Source: a virus (lineage: Duplodnaviria; Heunggongvirae; Uroviricota; Caudoviricetes). From it: a DNA stretch of 35,320 bases. Position numbers and translations under genes: made by a program. Where the stretch lies: the IMG/VR virus record IMGVR_UViG_2606217174_000009, one strand, 5' to 3'. Every line of letters begins with the position of its first letter. Position 1 is the stretch's first letter. The notes under the pieces are model-generated. The model was not told where the DNA came from. It did not search any database and saw only the letters and a program-made list of their open reading frames with translations. Shown here in pieces: positions 1-9,319 of this stretch.

Positions 1-1287
1 TCATCGTCTCGCTCTGTGGGGCATGTATGGGACACTTTCAGTTAACTCCTTATTGAGCAGTTCTATCTGCCCGATATTGTTATCTTTCATCCATGCTCCG
101 TAAACATTGAAAACCATTTGGGCGTTTGCATGTCCCATCTGGTTTGCGATAAAGCTTGGATTAGCTCCCGCCGATAATGCCCAGCAGGCATAAGTATGCC
201 TGGACTGATAGGCTTTCCTGTGCCGTAGTCCCGCCCGTCTCAATGCCGATGCCCATGAGTCTCTGATGGAGTCTGCTTTGTAGTGGTGGCCTGCCTGCTG
301 GCATTTTTTTACCAGTTGCGGATTAAAAACAAATGTGCATTCATGTCTTACGGTGCGTCCGAACTCACGAAGTTTGACGTCAATTTGATATTGAGTACCA
401 AATCTTGTCATTTCAGCCTGACTTTTCAGGGTATCAACGGCTGGTTGAACAAGATGAATAACACGATCTGTTCCCGCTTCGGTTTTTGGTAGAGTGAACT
501 CACCGAGTTTTGTATAATTACGACGGATAGTCATTGTTTTAGCTTTTAAATCAATATCCTCCCAGGCAAGAGATATCAGCTCACCATGACGAATGCCTGT
601 GTATACTGCTAAAGACCACAGGTTTTTTGTTTGTTGATGGTGGCAAGCATCAATAAAACGAATGAATTCGTCATGTGTGAGCGGATCTGGTTCTGTTCTT
701 GATCTTTTTAATGGTGTAAGACCGTTAAACGGGTTTGATTCTGTGTATCCGTTGTCAGCTGCAAATTGAAACATACCTGCAATTGTCGTCATGTAGTAAT
801 TAACTGTAACTACAGATCGCCCTTTGACAGGAGTTGTCTTGCCGTTCGAGAGATTGTGATACCCGGTCAATAAATCTTTCCTGATAAAGAGTAAATCTTC
901 TTTTGTTACAGATGAAGCCAGTCGATTTTCCCCTATACGAGGGAGCATGTTTCTCACCACAGATTGATACCGATTGAGCGCGTTACCACCTATCTCGATT
1001 TTCTTCAGATCCAGCCATTTTTCGGCAAGTGCCTTAATGGTTATCTCCCTTTTCCCCAGACCGAAGTGTTTCAGATTTGGAGACTCAGGGAACTGCGCAG
1101 CGTAGTCGAAATTCCCCATTCTGATTGCAAAACAAACTGAAGTCCTGAGTTCGCCTGCAATCTTCCGGTTTTTGGCTGTGTCAGGAATACGGAGGTTTTC
1201 TCTGACACGTTTGCCGTTATAGTGAAACCATATGCGGAGTGAGCCGCCATGGTTTTCAACGCCTGTTGGGTATGATGTGTTACTCAT
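1..1287 (-). CDS. int: Phage tyrosine integrase (site-specific recombinase)
   Basis: 428-aa ORF; C-terminal region has tyrosine-recombinase pattern (SRHTYACWALSAG ... GHANAQMVFNVYGAWM); stop codon occupies window positions 1-3, so the attachment site lies outside the window. Confidence 0.9.
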   Translation of the reverse strand: MSNTSYPTGVENHGGSLRIWFHYNGKRVRENLRIPDTAKNRKIAGELRTSVCFAIRMGNFDYAAQFPESPNLKHFGLGKREITIKALAEKWLDLKKIEIGGNALNRYQSVVRNMLPRIGENRLASSVTKEDLLFIRKDLLTGYHNLSNGKTTPVKGRSVVTVNYYMTTIAGMFQFAADNGYTESNPFNGLTPLKRSRTEPDPLTHDEFIRFIDACHHQQTKNLWSLAVYTGIRHGELISLAWEDIDLKAKTMTIRRNYTKLGEFTLPKTEAGTDRVIHLVQPAVDTLKSQAEMTRFGTQYQIDVKLREFGRTVRHECTFVFNPQLVKKCQQAGHHYKADSIRDSWASALRRAGLRHRKAYQSRHTYACWALSAGANPSFIANQMGHANAQMVFNVYGAWMKDNNIGQIELLNKELTESVPYMPHRARR

Positions 1288-1320
1288 TAAACCTCCCAGA
1301 CGTCCAGGAGCATTAACAGG

Positions 1321-1575
1321 TTAACCGGAACTTGCATTTTTGGCACCTGGTTGTTTCTGGTTTTTTATCCACCGCATAATTGCATCTATGTTGTACAGGC
1401 ATTCACTGTTTGGTTTTGGCTCTCCATCCACAGAGAAGTGGATATATTCCCTTCCTAACATCCATGATGTTCTACGTGCTCGCTCGATAGTGCCTGATTT
1501 TAATCCTGTTGCAGCAATTAAGATGCTTTCAGCGCACCATTCACTGGGTGTTATCTGATAGATAATTTGTTGCAT
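1321..1575 (-). CDS. Excisionase-like small protein
   Basis: 84-aa ORF directly upstream of int on the same strand; ATG at 1575 (the ORF-track start at 1590 is TTG); resembles lambdoid putative excisionases from memory only. Confidence 0.55.
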   Translation of the reverse strand: MQQIIYQITPSEWCAESILIAATGLKSGTIERARRTSWMLGREYIHFSVDGEPKPNSECLYNIDAIMRWIKNQKQPGAKNASSG

Positions 1576-1632
1576 AGAATTGCCTTGCAACCGCCGCCAC
1601 TATAGCTGGTGGACGGCGATCAGGGTTGAACA

Positions 1633-4077
1633 TTAAAAATCAGCTTGACTCGGGATCAGTTTTTGCCAGATTGCTGACACGTATTTTGCTTGGTAACGCG
1701 CATCGTGCAGGGCGTTATGGCGTTCACCTTCGAATGGAATAGTCGTTCTGGCATCGAAATCTATCACCAGTCCCAGAGCAACCATCGTTCGTACATCACG
1801 ATCGTTGTTGTAGCGCCACGGACAGGGGATCCCCTGTCGTTCATATGAACGGCGTAAAATTACGTTGTCGAAGTTGGCTCCATTTCCCCACACCTGAACA
1901 AAAAATTCACCGGAGTTTTCGGCGATAAACTCCCTAAACTGCAACAGCGCGTCATCCAACGGGATTTCATTGGTAAGAATGGCGGATTGTGCTTCGCGTG
2001 ACTGTTTCAGCCACCACTTAATGGTGTCCCGATCAATGACTCCGCCTGCGGTTTCCAGATCGATAGTTTTGCTGAATTCTGGTCCCATCTCTCCGGTTAC
2101 CGGATCAAAAAACTTACCGGCTATAGCGTTGACTGGCGCATCAGGATTTTTTCCCATTGTTTCAAGGTCAATCATCAGATGGTGCCACAACCTGCTGGTG
2201 GATGTGACTTTATGATGACAGTTAACCTTAATTAAGGGATTTGCTGTCTCGCCAGTTTCATTATCGCTATCGTGATGCTGATTGCCGCCAGTGTTCTCCT
2301 TGTGTGGATGTTCAGCGCCTTCCATTTCCTCCGGATCATCTTTCTGAACTTCAACCTGATTCTCTTCATCGAATGTTTCCTGGTATGTTGTGTCGTCCAT
2401 CACCGCGCCACAGTCAGGACAGTTACCGCCGCTGGTCTGACCATAGGCGGTGCAAAATTTTTCCACTTCCTGTTGCGCTACTGGTTCAAGCAGTTTCGTT
2501 TCTGGCTCGTTTTGTCGCGCATTTGGGCTGTTTTGTTCTGCATTTTGGTCGTTCTGTTCCGTTTCTTGCTGGTTCTGGTTCACAGAATCGCGGGTTTCAA
2601 TCCCCTTCACCCATTTCGGATCATTCGGGTCGCTAATCCCTTCAACAAATTCTCCACGAGAAGCAGCCAGTAACTTGTCGGCATCAACAGGATTTTGGGG
2701 CGGAATGTTTTTCCGGGCTTCATGGAGTTCTGCCCGCAGTTTCTGATATTTCGCATCAACAGAATTTACCTGTGACTGAGCATCCAGCGGCTGCGTGTCC
2801 TGATGATGTTCAGTTGCATCCGGTTCCACTGTTTCAGCCGTTGCCTGTTCATCTGCCATTGCGCAAGATGGTTGCGGTTTTTTTTCATCATCCTGTTTTT
2901 CTTCTTCTGTTACACGCTGCGGCATCGGGGCAGAGGAGCGACCGCAGGCAATATCCACGATTTCCGGATCAGGGTTGGCATGATCGGTTTCAGTCAGTAC
3001 TTTGTTCAGATATTCAGTGACGTGTGCGGGGATGACCTCGATCCCAATTGGTGCTTCTTTTACGGACGCAACCACGATGGCGCGGGAATAATCCAGCCCG
3101 CCAGGCATGGTGATGAATTTGTCGCGGAAAACAGAAAAGGGCGATTTATTTTCAGCGATAATTTCCTCGATACGTTTAGCGTGTGCCGGATGAAGGTTAT
3201 AAATGTCCACGTCCATTGAACGAGCCAGTACGCCAGTGGCTACGTCGCGCGCCAGTGACGTCAGATCGTGAACGAAACCTTCGCCGCGATCAGTGAGGTT
3301 CCCGCCGCCAGCATTAGCGCCGGAAGCCGTGCGCGTGATGCGTGAAATACGATTTCCTTTCATCCACTCTTTTGTCAGCAGACCGCGATCGGTGTAGTCA
3401 GCGTTCAGGTATGCTTCGATAAAAGATGTCATCAGTCCCAGGTCTGAATTTACTGGGGCTGGGAAAACTTTGTCAGTGTCTCGCACCAGTTTGTACAAAT
3501 CCCGAATCTCCAGCGGTTCGAGTTGCACTGCTTTATTTGAGATGGCCAGCGCGGTAACGGCGGGAAGTTTTTCATCCTGTGCGTTATGTAATGCGCGCAG
3601 TTCGTCCCGTGAAACGTGCGTGACCGGTTTTTTGCTGCCGTGTTGAGCAAGCCAGCGAATGGACAGTTCCTGGCCAGAAATCGGGAGTAGCATATTCTCC
3701 TCAATCTGAGTCATGTCTTCGCCGTTGACATTGGTATTGTCAGTGCTGGCTGGTTTGTCCTGCGCAGGGGGAGAGGGTGCGATAAATACCATTGTGATGC
3801 CATCTTCCCCGCCTTTTTCGTAACGGTTGCAGAATTCCGTATCAAATACGCCTTCAGGGGGCAGGTCATTCACAACGGGTAAATGGACACGGACGGGTTT
3901 TTTAAAGTCGTCTTCATCATAATCGTTGTCATCCATTGCAGTAATGCAGCGTGAGATAGCAACAGATAATTTTTTTGCTGTAGTCCAGTAAAAACCACCT
4001 TTAATTCCCAGGCGTTTTCTGACTTTGTCATTTTTTGCTTCGCAATATAGTGCAAATTCTTCTTTATCAGTGCTCAT
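1633..4077 (-). CDS. Large early-operon exonuclease with C-terminal DnaQ-like 3'-5' exonuclease (DEDDh) domain
   Basis: 814-aa ORF; C-terminus has exo motifs MIDLETMG (D-x-E) and [10 protein letters not shown] (H-x4-D); acidic, low-complexity central region; sits where lambdoid exo/recE normally lies. Confidence 0.65.
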   Translation of the reverse strand: MSTDKEEFALYCEAKNDKVRKRLGIKGGFYWTTAKKLSVAISRCITAMDDNDYDEDDFKKPVRVHLPVVNDLPPEGVFDTEFCNRYEKGGEDGITMVFIAPSPPAQDKPASTDNTNVNGEDMTQIEENMLLPISGQELSIRWLAQHGSKKPVTHVSRDELRALHNAQDEKLPAVTALAISNKAVQLEPLEIRDLYKLVRDTDKVFPAPVNSDLGLMTSFIEAYLNADYTDRGLLTKEWMKGNRISRITRTASGANAGGGNLTDRGEGFVHDLTSLARDVATGVLARSMDVDIYNLHPAHAKRIEEIIAENKSPFSVFRDKFITMPGGLDYSRAIVVASVKEAPIGIEVIPAHVTEYLNKVLTETDHANPDPEIVDIACGRSSAPMPQRVTEEEKQDDEKKPQPSCAMADEQATAETVEPDATEHHQDTQPLDAQSQVNSVDAKYQKLRAELHEARKNIPPQNPVDADKLLAASRGEFVEGISDPNDPKWVKGIETRDSVNQNQQETEQNDQNAEQNSPNARQNEPETKLLEPVAQQEVEKFCTAYGQTSGGNCPDCGAVMDDTTYQETFDEENQVEVQKDDPEEMEGAEHPHKENTGGNQHHDSDNETGETANPLIKVNCHHKVTSTSRLWHHLMIDLETMGKNPDAPVNAIAGKFFDPVTGEMGPEFSKTIDLETAGGVIDRDTIKWWLKQSREAQSAILTNEIPLDDALLQFREFIAENSGEFFVQVWGNGANFDNVILRRSYERQGIPCPWRYNNDRDVRTMVALGLVIDFDARTTIPFEGERHNALHDARYQAKYVSAIWQKLIPSQADF

Positions 4078-4191
4078 TGATAAACCTCATAACTATTTTA
4101 AGGTTGTATGAACCCCTGCCATTTCAGGCATGCTTAATCAGTTGGTATGGCATTAATATGGCTGGTGGGTTATCCAGCCGGTGTTTCGTTA

Positions 4192-4353
4192 TTACAGAGA
4201 TACTTTTTTTAACGGGAGGCATTCGCCGGAAAATTTTTGCTCATCTCTTGCCTGAAGGCAGGTTGCCTTACTGTCATAAATTCCGGTAATCATATTCTGT
4301 GACTCACCTGCTGTAAGAAAAACCGTCATCACCAGTGCAAATGCCGAAGTCAT
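4192..4353 (-). CDS. Hypothetical small protein (53 aa) with hydrophobic N-terminus
   Basis: ATG at 4353 preceded by GGAGAA; starts 1 nt after the stop of the upstream small ORF; below the ORF-track length cutoff, found by manual translation. Confidence 0.3.
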   Translation of the reverse strand: MTSAFALVMTVFLTAGESQNMITGIYDSKATCLQARDEQKFSGECLPLKKVSL

Positions 4354-4538
4354 CGCTGTTCTCCAAAAATGCCAAGTTGAAGAAGAGCAATTCTTGAAAG
4401 TATGGAATTATCATTCAGAAGATAAGGCTCATATTTCCTCATATTAATGGCATCATCAGTGAAGTCTTTATTACTGAGCTGAATGCCAATATTAAAACAA
4501 CCTTCAGACGTATTAACGTTTGGTAATAACGTTTCCAT
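4350..4538 (-). CDS. Hypothetical small protein (62 aa)
   Basis: Internal ATG of ORF 4350..4643 preceded by GAGGA; same strand as the early-left operon. Confidence 0.3.
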   Translation of the reverse strand: METLLPNVNTSEGCFNIGIQLSNKDFTDDAINMRKYEPYLLNDNSILSRIALLQLGIFGEQR

Positions 4539-5138
4539 TATCGCGTCCTCAACAATGAATTTTGTGATGCGGTGCCTGGTGCCTCCAGGTGACGTTAACC
4601 AGTTAACAATTAACGCCGGATACAGAGAATCCACCCATAACACTGTTTTTGGTTTTAACTGTTCCGCGTGCGCTCAGCCGCATTCACCACATCACAAAAT
4701 TCACTTTAAAAAGGGCGGCAGAGCAGTCACGGAGTAAAACTGATACCGCCAAACGTCACCAGAAAATTGATAACAGAGGGCGTTACAGCGGGGTTGTCAC
4801 TTAAGCGTATGGTCAACCTGACAACCCGGTGTCCTCAACGGGGGAAGGAATACCCCCGCCATACTTACCGCCGCGCCATTTCGCGGATTGCCACAACCGG
4901 AAGCGCACGGTCGACGAAAATTTAACGACAGGCTATCTATGAACCAGCTACCTCGCCGTGCGCTTTCGCGTTATGGTCTGACTTTTCAGGGAAATATCCT
5001 TTCAGTAAACTGTCAATGCCGGATGCTCACCCGTGTCCGGCGCACGCACTCCACCTCACCCGTGGAGAACTCCTTAATTACTAACCTTAGCTTTGTTGAT
5101 TAGCTACTAACGCGGGTATGTAATCATTCTGGCAATGC

Positions 5139-5324
5139 TTAATGCCGCTGCTTTTTCCAGATTGGTGATATCCTGCCCAGAGCGGACAGATTTTCAGCCT
5201 GCTTAGCCCTGGCTTCATTAGCCCATTTCAGATCCTGCGCTGCATTAATTTTCTGGCGCATCCACTCATAAAGTTCATCATCGGTATAGTCTGGCGCGAT
5301 GATGACGGGTTCTCGTTTCTGCAT
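5139..5324 (-). CDS. Hypothetical small early protein (61 aa)
   Basis: ATG with GAGG Shine-Dalgarno; same orientation as the leftward operon. Confidence 0.4.
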   Translation of the reverse strand: MQKREPVIIAPDYTDDELYEWMRQKINAAQDLKWANEARAKQAENLSALGRISPIWKKQRH

Positions 5325-5353
5325 ACTGATTCCTCGCGGTGCTGTTTCGCTTA

Positions 5354-5482
5354 TCAGCCGTTAGATTTTGCCGAACTGGAAAGCGCCTGTTTAAATTCGT
5401 TGAAGCTGAGAGCTTCTTCGCCGTCGGCAAGACCTTCGAAGTATTCTTCGTAAGCCTTTTCCATGATTGTGTCGAAATCCAT
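5354..5482 (-). CDS. Hypothetical small acidic protein (42 aa)
   Basis: Manual translation MDFDTIMEKAYEEYFEGLADGEEALSFNEFKQALSSSAKSNG; AGGTGA SD; ATG lies 1 nt after the stop of the upstream gene. Confidence 0.4.
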   Translation of the reverse strand: MDFDTIMEKAYEEYFEGLADGEEALSFNEFKQALSSSAKSNG

Positions 5483-5483
5483 A

Positions 5484-5639
5484 TCACTCACCTGAGTTTC
5501 TTTCCAGCCAGCGACGGGCACCATTTTCGGTTTTAAACGTTTTGCTTTTGGTATACGTCATCGCAGTGAACGTACCGTCCTGGTTGGGGAACACGCCACA
5601 TACCAGAGATTCGCTGTTGCCAAGATCGATAGTATCCAT
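5484..5639 (-). CDS. Hypothetical small protein (51 aa)
   Basis: Internal ATG of ORF 5484..5720 preceded by AAGGGGAAATGAGG; the longer form from 5720 is also possible. Confidence 0.4.
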   Translation of the reverse strand: MDTIDLGNSESLVCGVFPNQDGTFTAMTYTKSKTFKTENGARRWLERNSGE

Positions 5640-5911
5640 GCTGACCTCATTTCCCCTTAACGCCGGGGTAGCGGAACAAAAACCTGCTGCATAGTTATTA
5701 AAGTTGAACCCTGCCGTCATGTTCTTACGCCTCGGGCTGGCTACTTAACCCCTGACCACTGCCGGGTAACTCGAAGTATTGCCCTGCATTCTGTGGGGCG
5801 GGGTGGGTTGGTATGCTGTTAAGGTAACAAGAGTTACCTTTCGAGTCAATACGATGTTGTAAAAGGTACATTTGAGAGCGTGAAAAACCCGCAATGAATG
5901 CGGGTTCTGAC

Positions 5912-6628
5912 TCAGTCTAAGTATTGATGTATTTGTGAAACTTTACCTTTAATGGTGTAACCACCATTCAGTTCGATGGGTTTGTAAAGCGGATTCAGTG
6001 ACAACAGATAGATGTTTGGTCCGTCAATCGCAACTTTTTTTAGTGTTACGTTTGGCGTTCCTTCCAATTGGATTAAGATTATTTTTCCCACCAGTTCTCT
6101 AATGTTACTTGAGCATGGTGTGATCAGCACGGTAGAACCGTCGGGGATGGTTGGGAGGCCGTTAGAGTTTGTCATCGCATCTCCCTCAACATGCAATAAA
6201 AAAGAGTTTTCAGCGGTTTTTGTCATGACATCAACCCAATTCTTAATGCCAGGAATCTCGGTTACTGGACAACTCATATCCCAATAACCAGCCTGTTCCC
6301 ACGTTAAAACGGGCAACCGGGCGATGTTGTCACTAATGTAAGGATACTGATTCAGACGCAGATCATCGGTTTTATCGTGACCGTCCTTTCCATAAAGAAT
6401 CCATTCAGGAGATTTGGAAAGCAATTTTGACAGTAGATGCAAATTCTCACCGTCAGGTTTTGAAGAGCCATTTTCCCATTTTGTTACGGATACACGAGAT
6501 ATGCCGATTGCTTTCGCAACCTGCTGTTGGGTTAATCCAACGTCTTTTCGACGATTCCGAATACGTTCGCTGATAGTGTTTTTCATGTAACCAATGTTAC
6601 TACCAAGTGATGTTGCTATGGTTGACAT
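5912..6628 (-). CDS. CI-like prophage repressor (N-terminal HTH, C-terminal S24 LexA-like peptidase domain)
   Basis: HTH segment GLTQQQVAKAIGISRVSVTKWENG; C-terminal S24-like region; divergent from a cro-like gene; start set at ATG 6628 (MST..., possibly leaderless), alternative ATG at 6586; the ORF-track start at 6685 is TTG. Confidence 0.85.
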   Translation of the reverse strand: MSTIATSLGSNIGYMKNTISERIRNRRKDVGLTQQQVAKAIGISRVSVTKWENGSSKPDGENLHLLSKLLSKSPEWILYGKDGHDKTDDLRLNQYPYISDNIARLPVLTWEQAGYWDMSCPVTEIPGIKNWVDVMTKTAENSFLLHVEGDAMTNSNGLPTIPDGSTVLITPCSSNIRELVGKIILIQLEGTPNVTLKKVAIDGPNIYLLSLNPLYKPIELNGGYTIKGKVSQIHQYLD

Positions 6629-6648
6629 TCCTATGTAACTATTGTTAC
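6587..6648. promoter_or_regulatory. Candidate operator region: two palindromes GTAAC-N4-GTTAC plus a TTGACA -35 hexamer
   Basis: GTAACCAATGTTAC at 6587-6600 and GTAACTATTGTTAC at 6635-6648; TTGACA at 6622-6627 on the plus strand; lies between divergent repressor and cro-like genes. Confidence 0.5.
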
Positions 6649-6677
6649 CCTCCTGCTCGAAATAACAGGAGAGTTTT

Positions 6678-6893
6678 ATGTTCAAAGATGATGTTCTGCG
6701 CTATTTCAAAAAAAAGCGACTAGTAGCTGAGGCTCTTGGAATTTCACATGTGGCTGTTGTGCGGTGGAAAGCAGTTATTCCCAAACTTCGCGCAATGGAA
6801 CTGGATGAAATTACTAACGGTGAATTGAAATACAACCCAGAACTTTACAAGAAGCAGGATAGCACCTCGAACGAAGGAAAGAATGATTCATGA
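6678..6893 (+). CDS. Cro-like HTH regulator
   Basis: 71 aa; HTH segment RLVAEALGISHVAVVRW; AGGAGAG SD; divergent from the repressor. Confidence 0.75.
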   Translation: MFKDDVLRYFKKKRLVAEALGISHVAVVRWKAVIPKLRAMELDEITNGELKYNPELYKKQDSTSNEGKNDS

Positions 6894-7315
6894 AAATCAA
6901 GCATGAACACATCCGCATGGCGATGAATGCCTGGGCGCATCCGGACGGTGAAAAAGTTCCGGCAGCTGAAATAACCAGGGCTTATTTTGAACTGGGTATG
7001 ACGTTCCCGGAACTGTATGACGACAGCCATCCGGAAGCCCTGGCTCGCAATACCCAGAAAATTTTCCGCTGGGTGGAGAAAGACACCCCTGATGCAGTTG
7101 AAAAAATTCAGGCGTTGTTACCAGCGATCGAAAAGGCAATGCCACCTTTGCTGGTGGCCAGAATGCGCAGCCACAGTTCAGCTTATTTTCGGGAGCTGGT
7201 GGAGACGCGGGAGCGACTGGTGAGAGACGCTGATGATTTTGTCGCAGTGGCAATCGCCGGTTTCAATCAGATGAACCGTGGTGGCCCGGCAGGAAATGCT
7301 GTGGCAGTGCATTGA
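6890..7315 (+). CDS. YdaT-like / CII-like early regulator
   Basis: 141-aa ORF overlapping the cro-like stop (ATGA); position and size match a lambdoid cII analogue; family assignment from memory only. Confidence 0.5.
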   Translation: MKIKHEHIRMAMNAWAHPDGEKVPAAEITRAYFELGMTFPELYDDSHPEALARNTQKIFRWVEKDTPDAVEKIQALLPAIEKAMPPLLVARMRSHSSAYFRELVETRERLVRDADDFVAVAIAGFNQMNRGGPAGNAVAVH

Positions 7316-7386
7316 GTGATAATAGCCATATCGAATCGCTTCCGGCAACTCGTGAGTAAAAAGATTCGGTATCAGAAGAGGTGAGT

Positions 7387-8457
7387 ATGGCTAACGCCTG
7401 GCTCAGATTATGGCATGACATGCCAAATGACCCTAAGTGGCGAACAATTGCCAGGGTGTCAGGGCAGCCAATTGCAACAGTGATGGCAGTGTATATCCAC
7501 CTCCTGGTGAGCGCGTCACGAAATGTCACGCGAGGTCACATTGATGTCACGACAGAAGATTTGGCAAGTGCGCTCGACGTGACAGAAGAGGTAATTGATT
7601 CAATTTTGCAGACGATGCAGGGGCGGGGACTTGATGGTGATTTAATCACTGGATGGGAAAAACGCCAGGTGCTGAAAGAGGACAACGGCAATATTTCGCA
7701 AACCGCAAAATCTCCTGCAGAGCGCAAGAGGGCGCAGCGAGAGAGGGAAAGAAAGCGGGAACAAAATGGCGATTGTCACGGCGCGTCACGAAATGTCACG
7801 CACATGTCACGACGAGTCACGACAGATAAAGATACAGATAAAGATACAGATCAAGAAGATCAAAACACTATGGTCCATGGCGTAAAAAACGCCACGAACC
7901 AGGCAGGGGATGTTCAGACCGTCAATCCTGGTCAGCCAGCAGGCACGACACCGGAAGCCGATTCAGCGTATGCGCTGAAAGCCGATTCGGGCGCTGTGCA
8001 GCAGGTGATGACCGCAAGGCCGGAGCAATCACACCAACTGCGGCATCCCGAAGCCGATTCCGCCATTCAGCGGGAAGCCGATCGGGTAGTCCCGGAAAAC
8101 ACCGGGCAGTCTGTGGGACGAGTGGATTATCCGGATGTGTTCGAACAGATCTGGCGGGAGTACCCGTTGCGTGCCGGGGCAAACCCGAAGAAATCCGCTT
8201 TCAGTGCCTGGAAGGCCAGATTACGCGAGGGGGTGCCACCAGAGGCCATGCTGGATGGCGTGAGGCGTTACGCAAGATACCTAGCGGTTACCGGGAAAAC
8301 GGGAACGGAATTTGTTCAGCGAGCGACGACGTTTTTTGGACCGGACCGGAATTTTGAAAACCCCTGGTTGCTCCCGGTAAACGGCACGAACAACCAGCGT
8401 TGTGTGAATCATATTTCTGAACCGGATACCGAAATTCCGCCGGGCTTCAGGGGGTAA
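7387..8457 (+). CDS. Putative replication initiator / replisome organiser carrying internal iterons
   Basis: ATG at 7387 with GAGGTGA SD (ORF-track start 7381 is GTG); lambdoid O-gene position; contains two iteron clusters; highly charged low-complexity middle. Confidence 0.55.
   Translation: MANAWLRLWHDMPNDPKWRTIARVSGQPIATVMAVYIHLLVSASRNVTRGHIDVTTEDLASALDVTEEVIDSILQTMQGRGLDGDLITGWEKRQVLKEDNGNISQTAKSPAERKRAQRERERKREQNGDCHGASRNVTHMSRRVTTDKDTDKDTDQEDQNTMVHGVKNATNQAGDVQTVNPGQPAGTTPEADSAYALKADSGAVQQVMTARPEQSHQLRHPEADSAIQREADRVVPENTGQSVGRVDYPDVFEQIWREYPLRAGANPKKSAFSAWKARLREGVPPEAMLDGVRRYARYLAVTGKTGTEFVQRATTFFGPDRNFENPWLLPVNGTNNQRCVNHISEPDTEIPPGFRG
7511..7551. repeat. Iteron cluster 1: four GTCACG/GTCACA repeats at about 10-bp spacing
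   Basis: Hexamers at 7515, 7525, 7535, 7546; the 21-bp string GCGCGTCACGAAATGTCACGC recurs at 7781-7801. Confidence 0.55.
7771..7853. repeat. Iteron cluster 2: five GTCACG repeats at 10-11-bp spacing, followed by an AT-rich 12-bp tandem repeat
   Basis: GTCACG at 7775, 7785, 7795, 7806, 7816; then CAGATAAAGATA x2 at 7823-7846. Confidence 0.55.
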
Positions 8458-8497
8458 GTGTTTATTTCAGGTCATGAGGTAATTTTCAGGAGGACTT

Positions 8498-8920
8498 GTG
8501 GCAAAAGTATTTACACAAGAAGAGCGAGAAAAAATTAAAGGGCAGGTTGTTGAACTCGTACGCCAGAGTGGGCGTGAGACGTTACGACAACTGGAAGTCA
8601 AGACAGGTGCGACAAGATATCTGATGAGCGTTCTCGCGAGAGAGCTGGTTGCCAGCGGTGATGTATACAATTCTGGTTACGGGTTATTCCCGTCTGAACA
8701 GGCGCGTAAGGACTGGCAAAATGCCCGTAAAAAGCTCTCAAGGGCAAAGCTGAAGAAACCATCTGCGGTTGATCCGGACCTTATCTGGTCATTACCTGAT
8801 GGAGAAATACGTCGTTACGACAGGCATCATAATATAATTTGTACTGAGTGTCGTAAAAGCGAAGTTATGCAGCGCATATTGTCGTTTTATCAGTGGAATG
8901 TTCGGTATTTATTAAAGTGA
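8498..8920 (+). CDS. Hypothetical protein (140 aa)
   Basis: GTG start preceded by AGGAGG; follows the replication gene; no recognisable domain. Confidence 0.5.
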   Translation: MAKVFTQEEREKIKGQVVELVRQSGRETLRQLEVKTGATRYLMSVLARELVASGDVYNSGYGLFPSEQARKDWQNARKKLSRAKLKKPSAVDPDLIWSLPDGEIRRYDRHHNIICTECRKSEVMQRILSFYQWNVRYLLK

Positions 8921-9216
8921 CGAAATTAAAATGCATTAGTTAAGATGTGAATTGACATTTTGTGGCACAGGATAGAGCTATCGTGGTTGTCCGCTTTGTG
9001 CCAGAAGCGGAAGTTAGAAATTATCTGCCAACCGATAAGATGGCTGCCTAAGTCGTAGCGATTCAGCACTGTTTTAGCGGCGCTCGATTGCAAAGTCGTG
9101 CTTTGCTGACTTGCGATTGTGCTCTTTACGAGCAAAGCTTTCAGGTATAGTAAGTGCTAACTGTAGTGTAAAATTATAGGGATAGATGAAGAAAACAACG
9201 AGGCTTTAGCTAATCT

Positions 9217-9238
9217 TTGCAGTTGTGTCTGCTATAAT
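9217..9238 (+). promoter_or_regulatory. Candidate extended -10 promoter (TGCTATAAT) for the KAP cassette
   Basis: TGnTATAAT at 9230-9238 in an AT-rich intergenic region about 80 bp upstream of the 9320 start. Confidence 0.4.
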
Positions 9239-9319
9239 AAGGCGAAATTTTATCTGCATGATTTTGTTTGATTAACTCCGAAAGCCAGCTCTCTCGGTGA
9301 AGATTGGGAAGGGATATCA

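Noticed and set aside
1970-3704. Multiple 80-140-aa plus-strand ORFs inside the exonuclease gene
   Set aside because: Antisense shadow ORFs within a long, well-supported minus-strand coding region; low-complexity translations and no ribosome-binding sites
7922-8182. 86-aa minus-strand ORF inside the replication gene
   Set aside because: Antisense shadow; no SD
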